Part shown: one piece after another, positions 1-10,249 of the stretch
Layout of the letters: every line of letters starts with the position of its first letter
Numbering within the stretch: position 1 is the stretch's first letter
Source: the human T2T-CHM13v2.0 reference genome, Homo sapiens
Reading direction: 5' to 3' (one strand)
NCBI RefSeq assembly: GCF_009914755.1
Contig: NC_060927.1
Length of the DNA: 64,000 nucleotides
The notes under the pieces: model-generated
Databases searched by the model: none
The model's input: the letters and a program-made list of their open reading frames with translations, nothing else
Told to the model about the DNA's origin: nothing
Translations under genes and position numbers: made by a program

Positions 1-457
1 ATAGTGGAAAGAAGGAATTGGCAAAAATTAAAATTTTAATCAAACCAGTCACATGATTTGATTTTCAGACCATGAACATAGGTATTAACATCCCCATTTT
101 ACTGTTGAGAAGTCTTGAGCCCAGAAAAGTTAAGCTTGATCATATGTGAACTATGTAATATACAACTGAGAACTATGTAACATACAACTGAGATTCAAAC
201 AATCCTATTTTACTGTCCCTGCACCATGAAACATACTTAAAATGGACATGACCCATTCATGCCCTTTATCTACTAACATGAAATTTTACCATACATATCT
301 TCACATTTCAAACTCCTCTCCATAGTTCAATGTTAATTTTAAATATTACCTTTTTATCTGAAAACTACGTTTACCTAGTCAAAACTATATCCACAGAATT
401 AATTTCTTCTTCTACAATAATCTCACAGAATTTTATTAAGACTTCTGTTGTAGCCTA

Positions 458-909
458 TGTCAGGCCTCTGAGCCCAAGCCAAGCCATCGCATCCCCTGTG
501 ACTTGCATGTATATGCCCAGATGGCCTGAAGTAACTGAAGAATCACAGAAGAAGTGAAAATGCCCTGCCCCACCTTAACTGATGACATTCCACCACAAAA
601 GAAGTGAAAATGGCTGGTCCTTGCCTTAAGTGATGACATTACCTTGTGAAAGTCCTTTTCCTGGCTCATCCTGGCTCAAAAAGCTCCCCCACTGAGCACC
701 TTGCGACCCCCACTCCTGCCTGCCAGAGAACAAACCCCCTTTGACTATAATTTTCCTTTACCTACCCAAATCTTATAAAATGGCCCCACCCCTATCTCCC
801 TTCACTGACTCTCTTTTTAGACTCAGCCCGCCTGCACCCAGGTGATTAAAAGCTTTTATTGCTCACACAAAGCCTGTTTGGTGGTCTCTTCACAGGGACG
901 TGAGTGAAA
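458..909 (+). repeat. 5' LTR (LTR7 family)
   Basis: TGTCAGGCCTCTGAGCCCAAGCC start; two internal ~49-bp repeats containing TGATGACATT; TATAAAA 774-780; ATTAAA 845-850. Confidence 0.97.
774..780 (+). promoter_or_regulatory. TATA-like box of 5' LTR7 promoter
   Basis: TATAAAA at the usual U3 position; also present in the 3' LTR (9061-9067). Confidence 0.7.
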
Positions 910-911
910 TT

Positions 912-929
912 TGGTTCTGTGACTCAGAT
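912..929 (+). promoter_or_regulatory. Primer binding site, tRNA-His (degenerate)
   Basis: TGGTTCTGTGACTCAGAT directly after the LTR; 15/18 match to TGGTGCCGTGACTCGGAT. Confidence 0.9.
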
Positions 930-1052
930 CGGGGAACCTCCCTTGGGAGATCAATCCCCTGTCCTCCTGCTCTTTGCTCCATGAGAAAGCTCCACCTACG
1001 ACCTCAGGTCCTCAGACCAACCAGCCCAAGAAACATCTCACCAATTTCAAAT

Positions 1053-1061
1053 CCAGTAAGC
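1053..1061 (+). promoter_or_regulatory. HERV-H major splice donor (weakened, CCA|GTAAGC)
   Basis: AAATCCA-GTAAGCGGCC at the site where HERV-H consensus reads AAATCCG|GTAAGC; CpG-type change at -1. Confidence 0.65.
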
Positions 1062-1514
1062 GGCCTCTTTTTACTCTCTTCTCCAACCTCCCTCACTATC
1101 CCTCAACCTCTTTCTCCTTTCAGTCTTGGCACCACACTTCAATCTCTCCCTTCTTTTAATTTCAATTCCTTTCATTTTCTGATAGAGACAAAGGAGACAC
1201 ATTTTATCCGTGGACCCAAAACTCTGGCGCCTGTCACAGACTGGGAAGGCAGCCTTCCCTTGGTGTTTAATCATTGCAGGGACGCCTCTCTGATTATTTA
1301 GCCATGTTTCAGAGGTGTCAGACCACACAGGGATGCCTGCCTTGGTCCTTCACCCTTAGTGGCAAGTCCTGCTTTTCTGGGGGAGGGGCAAGTACCCCAA
1401 CCCCTTCTCGCCATGTCTCTACCCCTTCTCTGCCTTTCTGGGGGGCAAGAAACCCCCAACCCCTTCTCCTTCACCCTTAGCAGCAAGTCCTGCTTTTCTA
1501 GGGGAGGGGCAAGT

Positions 1515-1859
1515 ACCCCAACCTCGTATCTCTGTGCCCCAATCCCTTATTTCTGCACCCCGACCTCTTATCTCTGTGCCCCAATCCCTTATTTCTGCAC
1601 CCCGACCTCTTATCTCTGTGCCCCAATCCCTTATTTCTGCACCCCGACCTCTTATCTCTGTGCCCCAATCACTTATTTCTGCACCCCGACCTCTTATCTC
1701 TGTGCCCCAATCCCTTATTTCTGCACCCCGACCTCTTATCTCTGTGCCCCAATCCCTTATTTCCACACCCCAACTTCTTATCTCTGTGCCCCAATCCCTT
1801 ATTTCCATGCTCCGACCTCTTATCTCTGCACCCCAACCCCTTATTTCCGCACCCCGACC
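1515..1859 (+). repeat. 42-bp tandem repeat (8+ copies, dimer of 21-bp subunits) in HERV-H leader/pre-gag
   Basis: Unit ACCCCGACCTCTTATCTCTGTGCCCCAATCCCTTATTTCTGC; translates as TPTSYLCAPIPYFC x8 in ORF 1359-2078. Confidence 0.97.
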
Positions 1860-1999
1860 CCTTTCCCGCTTTTCTGGAGGGTAAGAACCTCCGAACCCCT
1901 TCCCTCCGTGTCTCTACTCTCTCTTTTCTCTGGGCTTGCTTCTTTCACTATAGGCAACCTTCCACCCTCCATTCCTCCTCCTTCTCCCTTAGCCTGTGT

Positions 2000-3166
2000 C
2001 CTCAAAAACTTAAAACCTCTTCAACTCACACCTGACCTAAAACCTAAATGCCTTATTTTCTTCTGCAACACTGCTTAGCCCCAATACAAACTTGGCAATG
2101 GCTCTAAAATGGCCAGAAAACGGCACTTTTGATTTCTCCATCCTACAAGACCTAAATAATTTTTGTCAAAAAATAGGAAAACGGTCTGAGGTGCCTGACG
2201 TCCGGGCATTCTTTTACACATCGGTCCCTTTCTAGTCTCTGTTCCCAATGCAACTCGTCCTAAATCTTCCTTCTTTCCCTCCCACCTGTCCCCTCAGTCC
2301 CAACCCCAAGCGTCGCTGAGTCTTTCTAATCTTCCTTTTCTACAGACCCATCTGACCTCTCCCCTCCTCACCAGGCCAAGCTAGGTCCCAATTCTTCCTC
2401 AGCCTCTGCTCCTCCACTCTATAGTCCTTTTATCACCTCCCCTCCTCACACCTGGTCTGGCTTACAGTTTCCTTCCATGACTAGCTCTCCCCCACCTGCC
2501 CAGCAATTTCCTCTTAAAAAGGTGGCTGGAACTAAAGGCATAGTCAAGGTTAATGCTCCTTTTTCTTTATCAGACCTCTCCCAAATCAGGCAGCATTTAG
2601 ACTCTTTTTCATCAAATATAAAAACCCCAGCCCAGTTCATGGATCATCTGGCAGCAACCCTGAGACGCTTTACAGCCCTAGACCCTAAAAGGTCAAAAGG
2701 CCAACTTATTCTCAATATACATTTTATTACCCAATCTGCTCCCGACATTAAACTCCAAAAATTAAATTCCAGCCCTCAAACCCCACAACAGGATTTAATT
2801 AACCTCACCTTCAAGGTGTACGATAATAGAAAAAAGTTGCAATTCCTTGCCTCCACTGTGAGACAAACCCCAGCCACATCTCCAGCACACAAGAACTTCC
2901 AAACGCCTGAACCACAGAAGCCAGGCGTTCCTCCAGAACCTCTTCCCGCAGGAGCTTGCTACAAGTGCCAGAAATCTGACCACCAGGCCAAGGAATGCCT
3001 GCAGCCCAGGATTCCTCCTAAGCCGTGTCCCATCTGTGCACGACCCCACTGGAAATCGAACTGTTCAACTCACTTGGCAACCACTCCCAGAGCCCCTGGA
3101 ACTCTGGCCCAAGGCTCTCTGACTGACTCCTTCCCAGATCTTCTCAGCTTAGCAGCTGAAGACTGA
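2000..3166 (+). pseudogene. gag: HERV-H gag, internally deleted
   Basis: ORF 2477-3166 has CA remnants (VNAPFSLSDL, PAQFM..L MHR-like, FITQSAPDI), NC knuckle CYKCQKSDHQAKEC and a second CPICARPHWKSNC; ends at TGA 3164-3166. Start is approximate. Confidence 0.9.
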
Positions 3167-3579
3167 CACTGCCCGGTTGCCTTAGAAGCCAGTTCACAGA
3201 CACTCTAGGTAACTCTCACAGTGGAAGGTAAGTCTGTCCCCTTCTTAGTCAATACGGAGGCTACCCATTCCACCTTACCTTCTTTTCAAGGGCCTGTTTC
3301 CCTTGCCTCCGAACTGTTGTGCGTATTGACAGCCAGGCTTCTAAACCTCTTAAAACTCCCCAACTCTGGTGCCAACTTAGACAACACTCTTTTAAGCACT
3401 CCTTTTTAGTTATCCCCACCTGCCCAGTTCCCTTATTAGCCCGAGACACTTTAACTAAATTATCTGCTTCCCTGACTATTCCTGGACTACAGCTGCATCT
3501 CATTGCCGCCCTTTTTCCCTATCCAAAGCCTCCTTTGCGTCCTCCTCTTGTATCCCCCCACCTTAATCCACAAGTATAA
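3167..3579 (+). pseudogene. pro: HERV-H protease, inactive
   Basis: VEGKSVPFLVNTEATHSTL (active-site DTG reads NTE); CPVPLLARDTLTKL C-terminal motif; frameshifted. Confidence 0.88.
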
Positions 3580-6540
3580 GATACCTCTACCCTCTACTTG
3601 GCGACCAGTCATGCACCCCTTACCATCTCATTCAAACCTAATCACCCTTATCCCGCTCAATGCCAAGATCCCATCCCACAGCATGCTTTAAAAGGATTAA
3701 AGCCTATTATCACTCACCTGCTATGGCATGGCCTTTTAAAGCCTATAAATTCTCCTTTCAATTCCCCCATTTTACCTGTCCTAGAACCAGACAAGCCTTA
3801 GAGGTTAGTTCAGGATCTGTGCCTTATCAACCAAATTGTTTTGCCTATCCACCCCGTGGTGCCAAACCCATATACTCTCCTATCCTCAATACCTGCCTCT
3901 ACAACCCATTATTCTCAAACATGCTTTCTTTACTATTCCTTTGCACCCTTCATCCCAGCCTCTCTTGGCTTTCACTTGGACTGACCCTGACACCCATCAG
4001 GTTCAGCAAATTACCTAGGCTTTACTGCTGCAAGGCTTCACAGACATCCCCCATTACTTCAGTCAAGCCCAAATGTCTTCCTCATCTGTTACCTGTCTTG
4101 GCATAATTCTTATAAAAACAAACATGCTCTCCCTGCAAATCGCGTCTGACTGATCTCTCAAACCCCAACACCTTCTACATCCTAGGCATAGTTAGATACT
4201 TTTGCCTTTGGATACCTGGTTCAGCCATCCTAATAAAACCATTATATAAACCCACAAAAAGAAACCTAGCTGACCCCATAGATCCTAAATCCTTTCCCCA
4301 CTCCTCTTTCCATTCCTTGAAGACAGCTTTAGAGACTGCCCCCACTCTAGCTCTCCCTGACTCATCCCAACCCTTTTCATTACACACAGCTGAAGTGCAG
4401 GGCTGTGCAGTCAGAATTCTTACACGAGGACCAGGATCACATCCTGTAGCCTTTTTGTCCAAATAACTTGACCTTACTGTTTTAGGCTGGCCATCATGTC
4501 TCCGTGCAGCAGCTGCTGCCACCCTAATACTTTTAGAGGCCCTCAAAATCACAAACTATGCTCAACTCACTCTCTACAGCTCTCATAATTTCCAGAATCA
4601 ATTTTCTTCCTCACACCTGACACATATACTTTCTGCCCCCCGGCTCCTTCAGCTATACTCACTCTTTGTTGAGTCTCCCACAATTACCATTGTTCCTGGC
4701 CCGGACTTCAATCTGGCCTCCCACATTATTCCTGATACCACACCTGACCCTCATGAGTGCATCTCTCTGATCCACCTGACGTTCACCCAATTTCCCCACA
4801 TTTCCTTCTTCCCTATTTCTCACCCTGATCACACTTGGTTTATTGATGGCAGTTCCACCAGGCCTAATCGTCACTCACCAGCAAAGGCAGGCTATGCTAT
4901 AGTATCTTCCACATCTATCATTGAGGCTACCACTCTGCCCCCCTCCACTACCTCTCAGCAAGCCGAACTAGTTGCCTTAATTCAAGCCCTCACTCTTGCA
5001 AAAGGACTACATGTCGATATCTATATTGATTCTAAATATGCTTTCATATTCTGCACCACCATGCGGTCATATGGGCTGAAAGAGGTTTCCTCACTACACA
5101 AGGGTCCTCCATCATTAATGCCTCTTTAATAAAAACTCTGCTTAAGGCCGCTTTACTTCCAAAGGAAGCTAGGGTCATTCACTGCAAGGGGCATCAAAAG
5201 GCGTCAGATCCCATTGCTCTAGGCAACGCTTATGCTGATAAGGTGGCTAGACAAGCAGCTAGTTTTCCAACTCCTGTCTCTCACAGCAATGCTTATGCTG
5301 ATAAGGTGGCTAGACAAGCAGCTAGCTCTCCAACTTCTGTCCCTCACGGCCAGTTTTTCTCCTTCACATCGGTCACTGCCACCTACTCCCCCACTGAAAC
5401 TTCCACCTATCAGATCTCTTTCCGCACAAGGCAAATGGTTCTTAGACCAAGGAAAATATCTCCTTCCAGCCTCACAGGCCCATTCTATTCTGTCGTCATT
5501 TCATAACCTCTTCCATGTAGGTTACAAGCTGCTAGCCTGTCTCTTAGAACCTCTCATTTCCTTTCTATCACAGAAATCTATCCTCAAGGAGATCACTTCT
5601 CAGTGTTCCATCTGCTATTCTACTACCCCTCAGGGATTGTTCCGGCCTACTCCCTTCCCTGCACATCAAGCTCGGGGATTTGCCCCTGCCCAGGACTGGC
5701 AAATTGACTTTACTCACATGCCCCGAGTCAGAAAACTAAAATACCTCTTAGTCTAGGTAGACACTTTCACTGGATAGGTAGAGAGGCCTTTCCCACAAGG
5801 TCTGAGAAGACCACCGCGGTCATTTCTTCCCTTCTGTCAGACCTAATTCCTCGGTTTGGCCTTCCCACCTTTATACAGTCTGATAATGGACCAGCCTTTA
5901 CTAGTCAAATCACCCAAGCAGTTTCTCAGGCTCTTAATATTCAGTGGAACCTTCATATCCCTTACCATCCTCAATCTTCACAAAATGTAGAACAGACTAA
6001 TGGTCTTTTAAAGGTACACCTCACCAAGCTCAGCCTCCAACTTAAAAAGGATTGGACAGTACTTTTACTTCTTGCCCTTCTCAGAATTAGAGCCTGTCCT
6101 TGAGATGCTACAGGGTACAGTCCATTTGAACTTTTATATGGATGCACTTTCTTGCTTGGCCCCAACCTCATCCCAGACACCAGCCTTCTAGGTGACTATC
6201 TTCCAGTCCTCCAACAGGCTAGACAGGAAATTTGCCAGGCTGCTAATCTTCTCCTGCCTACTCCAGATCCCCAGCCATATGAAGACACCCTAGCTGGACG
6301 ATCAGTTCTTCTTAAGAATCTGACCCCTCAAACTCTACAACCTCGATAGACCGGACCCTACTTAGTCATCTATAGTACCCCGACTGCCGTCCGCCTGCAG
6401 GATCTTCCCCACGAGGTTCACTGTTCCAGAATAAAGCTGTGTCCATCGGACAGCCAGCCTAATCCCTCCTCTTCCTCCTGGAAGTCGCAAGTACTCTCCC
6501 CTACTTCCCTTAACTCACTCGTATTTCTGAAGAACAGTAA
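3580..6540 (+). pseudogene. pol: HERV-H pol (RT with deletions, RNase H, integrase)
   Basis: SPFNSPILPV, KHAFFTIPL, QGFTD in RT; TWFIDGSS (~4833) and GNAYAD in RNase H; integrase HHCC (FHNLFHVG..CSIC), WQIDFTHMP, QSDNGPAF, VEQTNG; several stops and frameshifts. Confidence 0.95.
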
Positions 6541-6827
6541 TAGAGCCTAATACATCCCTTCATTCTATTAGGTCTGTTCGTCCTTACCCTACTTTTTGCA
6601 ACAGGGCTTTACGAAGTCACCCCCACCACTTAGGCCGAGCCCCAAAAAACTTGTCATCCCTACTATTTTCTGTCTAGTCATATTCCTATTCTCCGTTCTC
6701 AACTACTTATAAATGCCCTACTCTTGTTTACACTGCCGGTTTACACTGTTTCTTCAAGCCATCACAGCTGATATCTCTTGGTGCTATCCCCAAACCGCCA
6801 CTCTTAATTCCCTCTTAGAGTGAATAG

Positions 6828-8580
6828 ATGATCTTTGCTGGCAGGGCACACCCTTCAATACTTCCACCCTGATGAAGTTCTATTCTTTACTTTTATACTC
6901 ACTCTTATTCTCATTCCCATTCTTACGCCACCCTTTACCTCTCCCCAGCTATCTCCACCACACTGTCAACCTTACCCATTCTCTCCCAGCCACTTCTAAT
7001 CCCTCCTTAGCGAACAACTCCTGGCTTTGTGTTTCCCTTTCTTCCAGTGCCTACATAGCTGTCCCCGCCTTACAGACAGACTGGACAACATCTCCTGTCT
7101 CCTTACACCTCTGAACTTCCTTTAACAGCCCTCACCTTTACCCTCCTGAAGAACTCATTTACTTTCTAGACAGGTCCAGCAAGACTTCCCCAGACATTTC
7201 CCATCAGCAAGCTGCCGCCCTCCTCCGCACTTATTTAAAAAACCTTTCTCCTTATATTAACTCTACTCCCCCCATATTTGGACCTCTCACAACACAAACT
7301 ACTATTCCTGTGGCCGCTCCTTTATGTATCTCTTGGCAAAGCCCCACTGGAATTCCCCTGGGTAACCTTTCACCTTCTCGATGTTCCTTTACTCTTCAAC
7401 TCCGAAGCCCAACTACACACATCACTGAAACAATTGGAGCCTTCCAGCTCTATATTACAGACAAGCCCTCTATCAATACTGACAAACTCAAAAACGTTAG
7501 CAGTAATTGTTGCTTAGGAAGACACTTACCCTGTATTTCACTCCATCCTTGGCTACCTTCCCCTTGCTCATTAGACTCTCCTCCCAGGCTCTCTTCTTGT
7601 TTACTTGTACCCAGCCCCAAAAATAACAGTGAAAGGTTGCTCACAGATACTCAATATTTTTTCATACACCATTAAAATTGAACCTCCTCCTCTACGCAGT
7701 GACCCCATCTGTCCCCATTACAACCTCTGACAGCTGCCACCCTAGCTGGATCCCTAGGATTCTGGGTACAAGACACCCCTTTCAGCACTCCTTCTCACCT
7801 TTTTACTTTACATCTCCAGTTTTGCCTCGCACAAGGTCTATTCTTCCTCTGTGGATCCTCTACCTACATGTATCTACCTGCTAATTGGACAGGCACATGT
7901 ACACTAGTTTTCCTTACCCCCAAAATTCAATTTGCAAATGGGACCGAAGAGCTCCCTGTTCCCCTTATGACACCGACACGACCAAAAAGAGTTATTCCAC
8001 TAATTCCCTTGATGGTCGGTTTAGGACTTTCTGCCTCCACTATTGCTCTCGGTACTGGAATAGCAGGCATTTCAACCTCTGTCACGACCTTCCGTAGCCT
8101 GTCTAATGACTTCTCTGCTAGCATCACAGACATATCACAAACTTTATCAGTCCTCCAGGCCCAAATTGACTCTTTAGCTGCAGTTGTCCTCCAAAACCGC
8201 CGAGGCCTTGACTTACTCACTGCTGAAAAAGGAGGACTCTGTATATTCTTAAATGAAGAATGTTGTTTTTACCTAAATCAATCTGGCCTGGTGTATGACA
8301 ACATAAAAAAACTCAAGGATAGAGCCCAAAAACTTGCCAACCAAGCAATTATGCTGAATCCCCTTGGGCACTCTCTAATTGGATGTCCTGGGCCCTCCCA
8401 ATTCTTAGTCCTTTAATACCCATTTTTCTTCTTCTTTTATTCAGACCTTGTATCTTCCGTTTAGTTTCTCAGTTCATCCAAAACCATATCCAGGCCATCA
8501 CCAATCATTCTATACCACAAATGTTTCTTCTAACATCCCCACAATATCACCCCTTACCACAAGATCTCCCTTCAGCTTAA
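6828..8580 (+). pseudogene. env: HERV-H env, full length but disrupted
   Basis: Signal-like MKFYSLLLYSLLFSFP; SWLC (mutated CWLC); RPKR cleavage site; ISD LQNRRGLDLLTAEKGGL; CX6CC (CIFLNEECC); TM anchor and tail ending PQDLPSA. In-frame stops at 7112, 7673 and 7679; frameshifts near 6850 and 8347. Confidence 0.96.
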
Positions 8581-8731
8581 TCTCTCCCACTCTAGGTTCC
8601 CACGCCACCCCTAATCCTGCTTGAAGCAGCCCTGAGAAACATCACCCATTCTCTCTCTCCATACCACCCCCCAAGAATTTTCACCGCCCCCACACTTCAA
8701 CACTATTTTGTTTTATTTTTCTTATTAATAT

Positions 8732-8744
8732 AAGAAGGCAGGAA
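8732..8744 (+). promoter_or_regulatory. Polypurine tract
   Basis: AAGAAGGCAGGAA immediately 5' of the 3' LTR. Confidence 0.9.
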
Positions 8745-9196
8745 TGTCAGACCTCTGAGCCCAAGCCAAGCCATCGCATCCCCTGTGACTTGCACATATA
8801 TGCCCAGATGGCCTGAAGTAACTGAAGAATCACAAAAGAAGTGAAAATGCCCTGCCCCACCTTAACTGATGACATTCCACCACAAAAAAAGTGTAAATGG
8901 CCGGTCCTTGCCTGAAGTGATGACATTACCTTGTGAAAGCCCTTTTCCTGGCTCATCCTGGCTCAAAAAGCTCCCCCACTGAGCACCTTGCGACCCCCAC
9001 TCCTGCCCGCCAGAGAACAAACCCCCTTTGATTGGAATTTTCCTTTACCTACCCAAATCTTATAAAACGGCCTCACCCCTATCTCCCTTCCCTGACTCTC
9101 TTTTCAGACTCAGCCCGCCTGCACCCAGGTGATTAAAAGCTTTTATGGCTCACACAAAGCCTGTTTGGTGGTCTCTTCACATGGACGCGCATGAAA
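8745..9196 (+). repeat. 3' LTR (LTR7 family)
   Basis: Gap-free 452-bp copy of 458-909; about 22 substitutions by manual count. Confidence 0.97.
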
Positions 9197-9199
9197 GCC

Positions 9200-9335
9200 T
9201 ACTTGTGATATTTATTTATGTCTGCTCTGTACCCATGAGATAGTAAGCTTCTTAGGAATAAGTTCTGTCTAGTTATTCTTTATATTGCTCATACTACATA
9301 GTACATTATTTTGCACCTATTAAGTATTCAAGTTT
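9200..9335 (+). mobile_element. L2 3'-end remnant (probable host element of the provirus)
   Basis: GTAAGCTTCTTAGGAATAAG...GCACCTATTAAGTATTCAA resembles the L2 3' tail. Confidence 0.5.
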
Positions 9336-9659
9336 TTTTTAATTAAATTATACATGCAGTATTTTAAATGCCTTGAAGAATGGGGCTATTGAGTGCCTAA
9401 TCCTGGTCTGACCCAAAGTCTTATACACATTGTTGCTCAGTCATTTGTTGACTTGAAAGAATGAATATTAAATATTAAGGAATGTTAAAGGTAAAGAAAG
9501 AATATAAATATTAATATGAGAAAGAATGGAGTAAACTCTGTAGACCAGTAGACAAACTGGGAAGCTGCTCACTCATTCTCTAGCATGGATTAGATGTTAT
9601 CTTAAAGCAGATCAGAGGAAACGTCAAGTAAGTGCATAAAGTCACAGGTTGTCACTTCT

Positions 9660-10140
9660 TGAGATGGTTACTTTTATAGGTCAACTCAAATGAACCATGG
9701 GGTGTCAGTTATGTGGTTAAACACTATTCTGAGTGTCTGTGAGGGTGTTTATGGGCGAGATTAATATTTGAATCAGGAGGCGGTAAAGCAGATTGCCCTC
9801 CCAACGTGAATGGGTCTAACCCAAGTCATTGGAGGTCTAAAAAGAATAACAAAAGAGTGATTAAGAAAGAATTTTGTCTCAGTGTGACTGTCTCTGAGCT
9901 GTAAAATCAGTCTTCTCCTGCCTTTGGACTGGGACTCAGACTGGAACTTACATTATCAGCAGTCTTTGGTCTCCAGTTTGCTGACTGCAGATTTTGGTAC
10001 TTCTCAGTCTCCATAACCATGTCCTTTATCTACTAACATGAAATTTTAGTAGTTCATGTGGAGCGAGAGAGAGGGATTTAATGTTAATTTTAAATATTAA
10101 ATCCTCTATTAATATTAAATTCCTCTCTCTCGTTACACAT
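9660..10140 (+). mobile_element. MLT2 (ERVL) solo LTR
   Basis: TGAGATGGTTACTTTTATAGGTCAACT...GTAAAGCAGATTGCCCTCCC...GCTGACTGCAGATTTTGG match MLT2 consensus; 3' end rearranged. Confidence 0.85.
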
Positions 10141-10249
10141 TCATACATATTATATATTTTCAAGAAAAAAAAAAACAGACCTTATAGGATGTGTGTGTAT
10201 CTCTTCATATACCAAATATAAAACTCACACAATGAGAATCAGTGTGAGT

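Larger units (their letters stand above)
458..9196 (+). mobile_element. HERV-H provirus (ERV1/gammaretrovirus-like): LTR7-gag-pro-pol-env-LTR7, defective
   Basis: Two 452-bp direct repeats starting TGTCAG and ending TGAAA; 5-bp TSD GCCTA at 453-457 and 9197-9201; His-tRNA PBS; PPT; gag zinc knuckle, RT, RNase H, IN and env motifs in canonical order. Confidence 0.98.

Noticed and set aside
1515-1859. CRISPR-like array or genuine Cys-rich repeat protein (ORF 1359-2078)
   Set aside because: Head-to-tail repeat with no unique spacers, inside a primate ERV leader. The ORF starts at a non-ATG codon and is open only because the unit is a stop-free multiple of 3.
6828-8580. Intact domesticated env (syncytin-like or env62-like)
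   Set aside because: At least three in-frame stops, two frameshifts and a mutated CWLC motif.
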